A DNA stretch of 64,000 nucleotides from an uncultured Spirochaetota bacterium (GCA_963827275.1 CAWHAA010000004.1:672001-736000); one strand, 5' to 3'. Counted from the first letter of the stretch, positions 31,951 through 41,132 are shown. The notes: generated by a model from the sequence alone, not told the origin. Program-made: numbers and translations.

Positions 31951-34900
31951 TTACAGTCCCCTGTGGTACTCCTGGAGTGACGTGACGTCTCTCTTCCCCT
32001 CGTTGATCGCCTGGATCCCCTTCGCTGTCGCGATCGCGGCCGCCATGGTGGTGATGTAGGGGATCTTGTAATGCACCGCGGCCTTGCGGATATAGGAGTC
32101 ATCGTAATCGCTCTGCCGGCCGCTCGGGGTATTGATGATGAGGTTGATCTCGTTGTTCTTGATGCGGTCTATGATGTGCGGCCGCCCCTGGTAGATCTTG
32201 AACACCGTTTCAGCCTGCAGGCCCTTCTCGGCGAAATAACGCGCGCATCCCTCGGTGGCAAGGACCCTGAACCCGAGCTTCTGGAACTCGCGGCCCGCTT
32301 CGAGCGCCCTGACGCGGTCGTTTTTGTTGACGGTGATCAGCACCGCGCCCGATGTCGGCAGCTTCATGCTGGCCGCTTCTTCCGCCTTTGCGAAGGCAAG
32401 GCCGAACGAATCGGCCATCCCGAGCACTTCGCCGGTGGAGCGCATCTCCGGGCCCAGTATCGGGTCCACCTCGGGGAACATGTTGAAGGGGAATACCGCC
32501 TCTTTTACGCCGAAATGCTTCACTTTTTTCCGCTCGACGTTCAGGTCTTTCAGTTTCCTGCCAAGCATCACCTGCGTCGCGATGCGCGCCATGGAGATGT
32601 TGCACACCTTGGAGACAAGGGGCACGGTGCGGGACGCCCGCGGGTTCGCTTCGAGAATATAGACCGTATCGCCGGCGATGGCGTACTGTATGTTCATGAG
32701 GCCTACGACCTTCAGCTCGAGCGCGATCCTTTTTGTGTATTCTTCGATGGTCTTGATGTGTTTGCCGGAGATGGTCACCGGCGGGATCACGCAGGCGGAG
32801 TCGCCCGAATGGATGCCCGCAAGCTCGATATGCTCCATCACCGAGGGGACGACCACGTCGGCCCCGTCGCAGATCGCGTCAGCCTCGCATTCAATGGCGT
32901 TTTCCAGGAACTTGTCGATGAGGATCGGCCGCTCGGGCGAAACATCGACCGCCGCGGCCATGTACTGCTTCAGCATGTCCTCGTAGTAGATGACCTGCAT
33001 GGCCCGCCCGCCCAGCACGTAGCTCGGGCGCACCATCAGCGGGTACCCGATCCGGGCGGCGATCTCAAGGGCCTGCTCGATGGTGCTTGCCATCCCCGAT
33101 TCGGGCTGGGGTATGCCGAGCTTCTTCATCACCTGGCGGAACCGGTCGCGGTCCTCGGCAAGGTCGATCGATTCAGGCGAGGTGCCGATGATGGGCACGC
33201 CGGCCTTCATGAGCTGGTTGGCCAGGTTGAGGGGCGTCTGCCCCCCGAACTGCACGATGACGCCGTCCGGCTTTTCCTTGCCGTAAATGGAGAGGACGTC
33301 TTCCGCGGTCAGCGGCTCGAAGTAGAGCTTGTCCGATGTGTCATAGTCGGTGGAGACCGTCTCGGGGTTGCAGTTGACCATGATCGATTCGAACCCTTCG
33401 TCGCGGATGGCGAAGGCCGCGTGCACGCAGCAATAATCGAACTCTATCCCCTGGCCGATGCGGTTGGGGCCCCCGCCGAGGACCATGATCTTCTTCCTCG
33501 TCGAAACCGGGACAGTGTCCGCGCCGTTGTAGGTGGAATAGTAGTAGGCCCGGTCCTCCACGCCGCTTACCGGCACCGCGTCCCAGTGCTCCACGACGTT
33601 GAGCGCCGTCCGCTGCGCGCGAATCGCTTCTTCATTGATGTCCAGTATCTTCGCCAGGTACTTATCGGAAAACCCGTCCTTCTTGGCCTGTTCAAGGAGG
33701 CTGTCCGGGAGTTTTTTGCCCTTGTATGCGAGTACCTTTTCTTCCAGATCGACGAGCTCCTTCATCTGGGTAATGAACCAGGGCTTGATGTGCGTGCGCT
33801 CGTACAGGAGGTTGATGTCCGCGCCTTTGCGCAGCGCCTCGTACATGATGAACTGGCGCTCGCTGGTCGCCGTGCTGAGGAGACGCATCAGCTCGTCGAG
33901 CGGCAGCGAATTGAAGTTTTTTGCGAACCCGAGGCCGTGGCGCCCGGTCTCCATCGAGCGGATCGCCTTCTGGAAGGCCTCCTTGTAGGTCTTGCCGATG
34001 CTCATGGCCTCGCCCACGGCGCGCATCTGCGTGCCAAGCTCGTCCTTCACGCCTTCGAATTTTTCGAAGCCCCAGCGGGCAAACTTCACCACGATGTAAT
34101 CGCCGGACGGCGTGTATTTCTCCAGGGTGCCGTCGCGCCAGTAGGGTATCTCGTCCAGGGTGAGGCCGCCGGCCAGCATGGAAGAGACCAGCGCGATGGG
34201 AAAGCCGGTGGCCTTGGAGGCCAGGGCCGACGAGCGCGAGGTGCGGGGGTTGATCTCGATGACCACCACCCGGTCCGACTTCGGGTCATGGGCGAACTGG
34301 ACGTTCGTCCCGCCGATGACCTGTATGGCCTCGACTATATCGTACGAATATTTTTGCAGTTTTTTCTGGAGTTCCGGGCTGATGGTGATCATGGGGGCCG
34401 TGCAGTAGGAGTCGCCGGTATGTATGCCCATGGCGTCCACGTTCTCAATGAAGCAGACGGTGATCATCTGGTTTTTCGCGTCGCGGACCACCTCGAGTTC
34501 AAGCTCCTCCCAGCCGAGCACTGATTCCTCCACCAGTATCTGGTGGACCATGCTGACCGAAAGGCCCCGCGCCGCCACGGTGCGCAGCTCCTCGACGTTA
34601 TAGACCATGCCGCCGCCGGTGCCGCCCATGGTGTAGGCCGGCCGTATCACCACCGGGTAGCCCAGGCTTTCGGCGATCTTCTCCGCCTCCTCGACGGTAT
34701 AAGCGGGGTCGCTGCGCGGCATGTCGATGCCCAGCCTGGTCATGGTCTCTTTAAATGCAATGCGGTCTTCGCCGCGATCGATCGCGTCAGCCTTGACGCC
34801 GATTATCTTCACCCCCAGTTTTTCCAGCACCCCGCTCTTGGATAATTCGGATGACAGGTTCAGGCCGGTCTGGCCGCCGAGGTTGGGGAGGAGCGCGTCA

Positions 34901-35148
34901 GGCCGCTCCTTTTCTATGATCTTCGTAAGTGTCTCCACGTTCAGCGGTTCGATATAGGTCACGTCCGCCGTCCCGGGATCGGTCATGATGGTGGCCGGAT
35001 TCGAGTTCACCAGTATAATCTTGTAACCCAGCTTCCTGAGCGCCTTGCAGGCCTGGGTGCCGGAGTAATCAAATTCGCACGCCTGCCCGATGATGATGGG
35101 ACCGGAACCGATGATGAGTACTTTTTTGATGTCGTCGCGCTTTGGCAT
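31951..35148 (-). CDS. carB: Carbamoyl-phosphate synthase large subunit
   Basis: MPKRDDIKKVLIIGSGPIIIGQACEFDYSG, duplicated ATP-grasp, MGS domain. Confidence 0.98.
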   Translation of the reverse strand: MPKRDDIKKVLIIGSGPIIIGQACEFDYSGTQACKALRKLGYKIILVNSNPATIMTDPGTADVTYIEPLNVETLTKIIEKERPDALLPNLGGQTGLNLSSELSKSGVLEKLGVKIIGVKADAIDRGEDRIAFKETMTRLGIDMPRSDPAYTVEEAEKIAESLGYPVVIRPAYTMGGTGGGMVYNVEELRTVAARGLSVSMVHQILVEESVLGWEELELEVVRDAKNQMITVCFIENVDAMGIHTGDSYCTAPMITISPELQKKLQKYSYDIVEAIQVIGGTNVQFAHDPKSDRVVVIEINPRTSRSSALASKATGFPIALVSSMLAGGLTLDEIPYWRDGTLEKYTPSGDYIVVKFARWGFEKFEGVKDELGTQMRAVGEAMSIGKTYKEAFQKAIRSMETGRHGLGFAKNFNSLPLDELMRLLSTATSERQFIMYEALRKGADINLLYERTHIKPWFITQMKELVDLEEKVLAYKGKKLPDSLLEQAKKDGFSDKYLAKILDINEEAIRAQRTALNVVEHWDAVPVSGVEDRAYYYSTYNGADTVPVSTRKKIMVLGGGPNRIGQGIEFDYCCVHAAFAIRDEGFESIMVNCNPETVSTDYDTSDKLYFEPLTAEDVLSIYGKEKPDGVIVQFGGQTPLNLANQLMKAGVPIIGTSPESIDLAEDRDRFRQVMKKLGIPQPESGMASTIEQALEIAARIGYPLMVRPSYVLGGRAMQVIYYEDMLKQYMAAAVDVSPERPILIDKFLENAIECEADAICDGADVVVPSVMEHIELAGIHSGDSACVIPPVTISGKHIKTIEEYTKRIALELKVVGLMNIQYAIAGDTVYILEANPRASRTVPLVSKVCNISMARIATQVMLGRKLKDLNVERKKVKHFGVKEAVFPFNMFPEVDPILGPEMRSTGEVLGMADSFGLAFAKAEEAASMKLPTSGAVLITVNKNDRVRALEAGREFQKLGFRVLATEGCARYFAEKGLQAETVFKIYQGRPHIIDRIKNNEINLIINTPSGRQSDYDDSYIRKAAVHYKIPYITTMAAAIATAKGIQAINEGKRDVTSLQEYHRGL

Positions 35149-35359
35149 ACAGGTAACCTCTTTCAGTCAAATAGGGAAGATTTGCATACTACGATCCCTC
35201 CCTGAGGGGAGGGGGAGGGACGTGAGATACGATTCAGTCCACCGTCGTTAGTAATGCTAAAAAATGCCGGATTATGTCAAGTATTGATTAATTTTTTGGG
35301 AATTAATTTCTCGGGGCCTGGCCGGTGAAGTCCCCCGGGCGCCCGTCCATGATCGGGAA

Positions 35360-36346
35360 TCACCGTGATTGCACCAGGTAGGCAAAGGCCCAGGAGTAGT
35401 CCCGCGGTTTGGCTGCAGGGCTGATCCAGCCTGTGACGCGGTAGTTTCCCGGTTTTTGAAATACGGCATTAATCTCAATAGTGTCGTTTTTTACTGTTGA
35501 GCGGTGATGCTGGATGGTTTTCCCCGACTCGTCGCGTACATTGACGGTCATGATCACACCGGGCGGAGCGGCGTAGCGGAGGCGGAGATCACCCCCGCAG
35601 GAGATAACGCAGGACCTGTTGTCATCAAGCTGCCGGAGACCGTAGCGAAAATATCCGTGACGGTACAAGGGGAGCCGCTCAAAATCCATCTTCCTGATTT
35701 TACGCGCGATAAACTGCCACTGCCGCAGTTCCGGCAGGTTGGTGTAAATGAATTCCCCGGGCGGGGTCAGGAAATAATGCTCCCGGTAATCCCGTATGAA
35801 CCGCTCTTCCCTGACAAGGCCCGCTCCATAGGTGCAATCGAGCAGGTGCCACCTGCCGTCGATGCGCACGGCGTTCCACGCGTGGTTGTTTTTTACTCTG
35901 TCACCCGGTGCGTAGTCCCCGCCCCTTCCGTACCCGGTGATTTCGACCGCGGTAATGCCCGCGCGCCGCGCCAGCTCGACAAAGAGCTCCGCATAGCCCT
36001 GGCATGTTCCGCGCCTGTCGCGAAGGGTTTCCCTGGCGGTATAATTTTTTTTCGCTGTGTCATAGGCGATAGAAGCGGTAATCCATCGCCATATGGCCCT
36101 GGTCCTCTGGAGCTGGCTCCATCCGGCTCCGGAAAGATATGCGGCGAGGGCGTCCGGGGAAGATGTAACCGATGGATCTGCCGCAAGGGCATGCGCGTCA
36201 ATTGTGGCGAATAGGGCCGGATCAAAGCGCCTGTCGCCCGCGAGGGTGTCGATATTGCGGATAATTGTATACTGCCTGGCCATAAGACAGCCTGTGAGCA
36301 TCAGGGAACACGCAAAAGAAAGTAGTAGCATCAGGCGTGGGTTCAT
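35360..36346 (-). CDS. Transglutaminase-like lipoprotein
   Basis: LTGC lipobox-like, GTCQGYA, NHAWNAV, LLDCT catalytic triad. Confidence 0.8.
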   Translation of the reverse strand: MNPRLMLLLSFACSLMLTGCLMARQYTIIRNIDTLAGDRRFDPALFATIDAHALAADPSVTSSPDALAAYLSGAGWSQLQRTRAIWRWITASIAYDTAKKNYTARETLRDRRGTCQGYAELFVELARRAGITAVEITGYGRGGDYAPGDRVKNNHAWNAVRIDGRWHLLDCTYGAGLVREERFIRDYREHYFLTPPGEFIYTNLPELRQWQFIARKIRKMDFERLPLYRHGYFRYGLRQLDDNRSCVISCGGDLRLRYAAPPGVIMTVNVRDESGKTIQHHRSTVKNDTIEINAVFQKPGNYRVTGWISPAAKPRDYSWAFAYLVQSR

Positions 36347-36405
36347 ATCAAAAAAATGACGAAATTCATGATATTTGTCAAGAAATTTGGAGCAATGTAA
36401 CGATC

Positions 36406-36496
36406 TACCGATAACTATCAGGTCAGAGTACAATATCATGGTGTCAGAGTAAATATTGAGTAAATATTTTCGTACTGTTTTGTGGTGTCAGAGTAA
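36406..36496 (+). repeat. Composite repeat element, left copy (motif A + three motif-B copies)
   Basis: TACCGATAACTATC 36406-36419; GGTCAGAGTA 36421; TGGTGTCAGAGTAA at 36439 and 36483. Confidence 0.75.
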
Positions 36497-36617
36497 CATA
36501 TAGCACTATTTTTATAAAAATAATTTACATTTATTCCTTATAACTATATACTAACAATCATATCGGAAGATAGTTATGCTCTGATAGCGTAACATCATAG
36601 CCACTAAAGGAGGAACA

Positions 36618-36884
36618 ATGAAAAAGATCATGTTTTTTTCGGTGCTGGCCATCCTGGGAACGGCCCTGGCGTTTATGCTCTCTTTCCAGCCCGCCAACAA
36701 CGCATACGCCGCGGATGGCTGTTATAACTGCGGCTCGGGAAGCACCGGCGGCGTTAACCAGTGCAAATACCATGGCAGTGAAAGCTTTGAACAGCGCAAA
36801 AAATGCGAAGCTGCCGGCTGCAAGGTCACCGGCACGTCCAGCTGTTCCACGGCGGCAAATGTCAAGGTTATTGATCCAAATTAG
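36618..36884 (+). CDS. Small secreted Cys-rich protein
   Basis: Signal peptide ending AYA, 6 Cys in mature part; RBS AAGGAGG. Confidence 0.8.
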   Translation: MKKIMFFSVLAILGTALAFMLSFQPANNAYAADGCYNCGSGSTGGVNQCKYHGSESFEQRKKCEAAGCKVTGTSSCSTAANVKVIDPN

Positions 36885-36954
36885 TATCCAGGCTTTTCGG
36901 TGATGCTGAACCCCCGCCTCCAGCGACCGGTTGTATGCCGGCGGCTTTTTACAT

Positions 36955-37100
36955 AAAAAAAATCCCCGCTGGGTGCGGGGATGAGAGTAAGGAGTAGACG
37001 CAAAAAAATGCATGAGACCGGGCAGGACCAATTCTAACCGATAACTATCCATGAAGACCGGTAAAAAACCGGTGGATGAATGCCGTCTTTTCGGTCCAAC
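36955..37100 (-). ncRNA. Candidate ~145-nt sRNA
   Basis: TTGACT-N17-TAGCTT promoter (37135-37107), internal hairpins, CU-rich stretch, terminator ATCCCCGC-ACCCA-GCGGGGAT followed by a T run. Confidence 0.55.
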
Positions 37101-37243
37101 CAAAATAAGCTATAGTGAAAGCAGGCAAAAGTCAAATTTACGGGTGAATATTTTTAATTATTTTTAAATTTATGCAGGACCGGATATCCGGTCGGGAAAC
37201 CGGTCGTCCTTGATAGCGCGGGTGGATCCACAGCCTGCGGGGA

Positions 37244-37705
37244 TTATGATAGTTTTTTTGACAGTCGTTCGCGGTCTTTCAACAGCAGGTCGCGGTGATC
37301 GAACTCCTGCCTGGCGATGGACTCTATCTGATCTGCAACGCTCACATAGTGATCGGCTGTCTTTTTCAGCAGGGAAGACATGCTCTGGTACAGCTTCCCC
37401 ATCGATTCCTCCGACTCGGCGAGCGTCTGCAATACCGCGAGAATGTCTTTTTCCTCTGAGATTTTTTTTAATACGGTATTGAGAAGATTGTTCTGGAAGT
37501 CTGCGATCATGCTTTCCCGCACTGCCGGCTTCGGGAACCGGTCACGTGTCTCTTCGATGATCGCAGCATGCTCGAACGAATGGACCTCCATGAATTCAAG
37601 CACCGCGCGCGCCCCTTCCAGGCGGGCGAGGTTCTTTATCTTCTGGTAATAGGTGGCCATCGTGTTTTCGAGGAATATGATAAAGTTGATGTATTCGTTC
37701 GTCAT
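37244..37705 (-). CDS. Rubrerythrin/ferritin-like di-iron protein
   Basis: E..YY..., SFEH, ESEE..LY, QEFDH four-helix pattern; RBS GGAGG. Confidence 0.7.
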   Translation of the reverse strand: MTNEYINFIIFLENTMATYYQKIKNLARLEGARAVLEFMEVHSFEHAAIIEETRDRFPKPAVRESMIADFQNNLLNTVLKKISEEKDILAVLQTLAESEESMGKLYQSMSSLLKKTADHYVSVADQIESIARQEFDHRDLLLKDRERLSKKLS

Positions 37706-37805
37706 GGGTGTCCTCCATCGTCTGTAACATCGGTCTGGCATCGGCCAGGGGATTTGCTTCCGCATGGTGCGGCAGGGCCGGCGGGCACATTGATCCGCCT
37801 GATTA

Positions 37806-38516
37806 TTAGCGCGTCTTGCGGCAGAGGTACACGGCCATGAAATTATCGCCGTAGTCCGCGTTTTCAATGTCGAACCCGGCGCGGTAGAGCATCTCCTCCA
37901 TAATCCAGTCGAACGTGGAGTACTCGTTGCGCACATGGTTCGAAAATTTATCGACCATATCCTGCCCGGCTATGGCCCTGAAATTATCGAGGACGTGGTT
38001 CACCGAGGCCTCGTATTTTTCCACTTTCATGGAGAATACGACATCACGCAGGTACAGCCTCCCGCCCGGCCTGAGGAGGCCGTTTATTTTTATCAATGCT
38101 ACCTGCTTCCAGAAATCCGGGAGGTGGTGAAGGGCGAGCTGGGTAACGACGGCATCGACCGGCTCGCCGTCATGCCGGTAGTTGAGGAACCCCGCATGTA
38201 TGAACCGTATGTTGTTTCTTCCGAGTGACTTCGTTTTTTTCGCGGCGTAATCGAGCATGGCCCTGGAAATGTCAACGGCATAAACCTGGCGGCACTGTTC
38301 CGATACCGCCGCGGTGAGCTCGCCGGTACCCGCACCGAACTCGATCAGGCTCTGTTCCGGGGCAAGGTCAAGCGCGGATACGATTTCGCGCGTCTCCGCA
38401 CGGATATCGCGTATCTTCGACATCCGTTCGTCGTAATCGCGCACCTCGGTCTCGCTTGCGTAATCGGTCCCGACATGCCGCATCTCGTCGTATTGCCATG
38501 CATAGGGTGATGTCAT
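37806..38516 (-). CDS. Class I SAM-dependent methyltransferase
   Basis: IEFGAGTG, AVDIS, LALHHL, LRPGG. Confidence 0.88.
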   Translation of the reverse strand: MTSPYAWQYDEMRHVGTDYASETEVRDYDERMSKIRDIRAETREIVSALDLAPEQSLIEFGAGTGELTAAVSEQCRQVYAVDISRAMLDYAAKKTKSLGRNNIRFIHAGFLNYRHDGEPVDAVVTQLALHHLPDFWKQVALIKINGLLRPGGRLYLRDVVFSMKVEKYEASVNHVLDNFRAIAGQDMVDKFSNHVRNEYSTFDWIMEEMLYRAGFDIENADYGDNFMAVYLCRKTR

Positions 38517-38548
38517 AGTATAATGATCAAACCGTGGAGCGCTCGGCT

Positions 38549-39040
38549 TTAATCTTCAGAGGAGGTATCCGATGAGCTGGAGGCTGATGCGCCTTTTGTA
38601 TTGTCCGTGTCTTCCTGGTCCACCTTGTAGACCAGGTTCAGCGTGTTTGAACAGGAGGTGGTGGCAGTGGTATTGCACGTTGCAAGGAGCCCGACCCCCT
38701 TCTCATCAAGCTCGTTGTCTTTATAGATTAATATCGACATCGTTGCGTCTGAATTGGTCCGCGTCGCGGTTATCGTGGCTGTTTCAATCTTCCCCGCGGG
38801 GATAATGAGCATGGCGGTGTCGATTGGGCTGGCGGTCACCGGTGAATTTAATGTAAAAGGTATATTGTTATCCAGGAGGAGGGTTGCCGTAAACTGATTG
38901 GAAGTCGTGCTCGCGCTTGCCATGATAATAATCATGACTTCATAATCGTCCGGGTCTTTCAAATCACAGGAAAGCGACATGACGGCTGTTATCAGCGCGA
39001 TCATGCTGAAAAGAGCGAACGGTTTTGGATGAAACTTCAT
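38549..39040 (-). CDS. Hypothetical lipoprotein, Ser/Thr-rich
   Basis: Lipobox MSLSC. Confidence 0.65.
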   Translation of the reverse strand: MKFHPKPFALFSMIALITAVMSLSCDLKDPDDYEVMIIIMASASTTSNQFTATLLLDNNIPFTLNSPVTASPIDTAMLIIPAGKIETATITATRTNSDATMSILIYKDNELDEKGVGLLATCNTTATTSCSNTLNLVYKVDQEDTDNTKGASASSSSDTSSED

Positions 39041-39198
39041 GGTCAATTCCTGTACGGTTCCTGTGAAAATCACGGCCACAACTTGAAATTACTATCTATA
39101 CATATAATAGCATGGGAGCGGTTTTTTTCAACAATTAATTAGAAATTTATTATTAATATATGTTACAATCGCCCATTTTTTTCATGCCGATGCGGGAT

Positions 39199-39417
39199 TC
39201 ACTCTTTTCCCCTGGGGGCGGCATCCGTATCCTGTTTCGAAAAGAACAGGTCTATGATGAATACCACAATCAAAACAGCCGTAAGGACCGCGCATATGAT
39301 GATCATGGCTGAGCGGCTTATATGTATCTTGTCGTACAGTTTACCGACCAGGAAGCTATAGGCCAAAAAGCATAGGGTGAAAACCAGGGTCATGATGAGC
39401 TTGGTTTTTTGCAACAT
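39199..39417 (-). CDS. Small two-TM membrane protein
   Basis: Two hydrophobic helices; RBS GAGG. Confidence 0.55.
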   Translation of the reverse strand: MLQKTKLIMTLVFTLCFLAYSFLVGKLYDKIHISRSAMIIICAVLTAVLIVVFIIDLFFSKQDTDAAPRGKE

Positions 39418-39567
39418 ATCCGTACCTCGCGGCAATTGTAATATGAACGGGCCGGGCCCGATGTATACGGGTGCCCGTTACTCCGGTGACCGGCAGTCTA
39501 CGTCAGGGTACCGATCCCGTGAAATTTGTCAATACAGTTGCGAATTAATCTCGCCACGCCGCCATTC

Positions 39568-40296
39568 TCAGAACCGGCCGTCCTCTTCGTGGTCAAGGCG
39601 GAGGATATGGCCGAACCGTTCTTTTTTCGTTTCCATGTAGCTCCTGTCATGCTGGTGCGGCGGGAGCTCGTGGTGGACCCTCTCGGAGACCGGCACGCCG
39701 TAGCGTTCCAGCTGGCTCACCTTGTCCGGGTTGTTGGTCATGAGACGCACGGTCTTTACGCCGATTTTTTTCAGCATCTCGGCGGGGACCCGGTAGTCCC
39801 GCTCGTCCGGCTCAAAGCCCAGGACGGTGTTCGCGTCAACGGTGTCAAGCCCGCGGTCCTGGAGCGCGTAGGCGCGCAGCTTGTTCAGGAGGCCGATGCC
39901 CCGGCCTTCCTCCATGTGGTAGAGCACGATCCCCCGGCCTTCCTTCTCGATGATGTCCATCGCCTCGTGGAGCTGCGGGCCGCAGTCGCACCGCCGGCTC
40001 CCCAGTGCGTCTCCGGTCAGGCAGGAGGAGTGGATGCGCGTGAGCATGTTTTCGCCGTCGCCGACGTCGCCCTTCAGTATCACGGTATGGTCTTTCGCGT
40101 CCCTGTTGTTTACAAATCCGATGATGCGGAAGTGGCCGTGGTCGGTCGGGAAATCGGCGACGGATATGACCTTGACGCACGTGTCCTCGGGGCAGTCCCC
40201 GCACTCAAGCCCGTGCGGGCACGTGCGCAGGGAATCTATGTCCTGGTTGATTATCTCTTCGAAATTCGGCGCTTGCATGGTGAATAGGTTTGCCAT
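39568..40296 (-). CDS. ribA: GTP cyclohydrolase II with Cys-rich N-terminal extension
   Basis: RIHSSCLTGDALGSRRCDCG, EGRGIGLLNK, LMTNNP. Confidence 0.92.
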   Translation of the reverse strand: MANLFTMQAPNFEEIINQDIDSLRTCPHGLECGDCPEDTCVKVISVADFPTDHGHFRIIGFVNNRDAKDHTVILKGDVGDGENMLTRIHSSCLTGDALGSRRCDCGPQLHEAMDIIEKEGRGIVLYHMEEGRGIGLLNKLRAYALQDRGLDTVDANTVLGFEPDERDYRVPAEMLKKIGVKTVRLMTNNPDKVSQLERYGVPVSERVHHELPPHQHDRSYMETKKERFGHILRLDHEEDGRF

Positions 40297-40358
40297 GGCG
40301 GGTAATTAATGCAATAACATTTTTATGCGGGTCACGGCCCGGATTACTGCACCGCTGC

Positions 40359-40820
40359 CTAGCTGTCCGACATCCTGCCGGACATTTCATCGATCATGAC
40401 CTTGATGACGCAGGCCTTTTCGAAGGATTTTTCCCGGTAGGTCCAGCCCTTCTTTTCGGAATAATGCCCCATGATACTATCGAGGGCGCGGGCCTTCTCG
40501 CTGCTGTCCTCGACGAAGACCGCCCTGCCGGTGCCGATGACGCTCCGGTATTTCATGCTGAATCCGCACGCGACATCGGACCGGATCAGCTCGGCCTCGA
40601 TGTCGATTTCAAAGCAGACAGCGCTGTTTTTTTTCAGGATGTCGATCTTCTTGCCCTCGTGGCCGGTATGGAAGTAGAGGGTCCTGTCCCGGTAGCCGAA
40701 ATTGAGCGGCACGATGTAGGGCAGGGCGCCGTCGCTCAGCCCGAGGCGGCAGACCCCGGCTTTTTGAATGATGGCCTCTATCTCGCCGATATCGGTAATC
40801 TCTTTTTCTTTTTTTCGCAT
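40359..40820 (-). CDS. Pyridoxamine 5'-phosphate oxidase-like FMN-binding protein (NimA-like)
   Basis: MRKKEKEI, PYIVPLNF, LYFH, YRSVIGTG. Confidence 0.85.
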   Translation of the reverse strand: MRKKEKEITDIGEIEAIIQKAGVCRLGLSDGALPYIVPLNFGYRDRTLYFHTGHEGKKIDILKKNSAVCFEIDIEAELIRSDVACGFSMKYRSVIGTGRAVFVEDSSEKARALDSIMGHYSEKKGWTYREKSFEKACVIKVMIDEMSGRMSDS

Positions 40821-40870
40821 GGGTGGCTCCCGTATGCTTTTTCGAACGGATACAGCGCTCGCTGAGTAGT

Positions 40871-40960
40871 TTTTACTCTGACCCCATGGTATTGCATATG
40901 ATGGGTGTTCAACAAGCATTTTTTGCTGATATTTGTCTCTGATGCTGATAGTTATCGGTA
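40871..40960 (-). repeat. Composite repeat element, right copy (inverted relative to 36406)
   Basis: Minus strand: TACCGATAACTATCAGCATCAGAGACAAATATCA...CAATACCATGGGGTCAGAGTAAA. Confidence 0.75.
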
Positions 40961-41132
40961 GGCGGGGCGATAGTTATCGGTAGGCGGGGCGATAGTTATC
41001 GGTAGGCGGGGCGATAGTTATCGGTAGTCGAGGCGATAGTTATCGGTAGCGGGCGATAGTTATCGGTAGGTGGGGCGATAGTTATCGGTAGGTGGGGCGA
41101 TAGTTATCGGTAGGTGGGCGATAGTTATCGGT
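40947..41132. repeat. Tandem array of nine GATAGTTATCGGT cores, 20-22 bp period
   Basis: Cores at 40947, 40969, 40991, 41013, 41035, 41055, 41077, 41099, 41120. Confidence 0.95.

Noticed and set aside
32071..34524. 817-aa plus-strand ORF
   Set aside because: Antisense shadow of carB, typical of GC-rich codon usage; the same applies to shadows of mreB, nikO, murI and capA.
36388..36419. Motif A as a sigma-28 promoter (ACCGATAA resembles GCCGATAA)
   Set aside because: No TAAA at the N15 position here, at 59299 or within the 22-bp array.
36558..37103. 181-aa minus-strand ORF
   Set aside because: No RBS, runs through a terminator and is antisense to a well-formed gene.
40947..41132. CRISPR array
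   Set aside because: Repeat is only 13-14 nt and the 6-8 nt linkers are near-identical; no cas genes.
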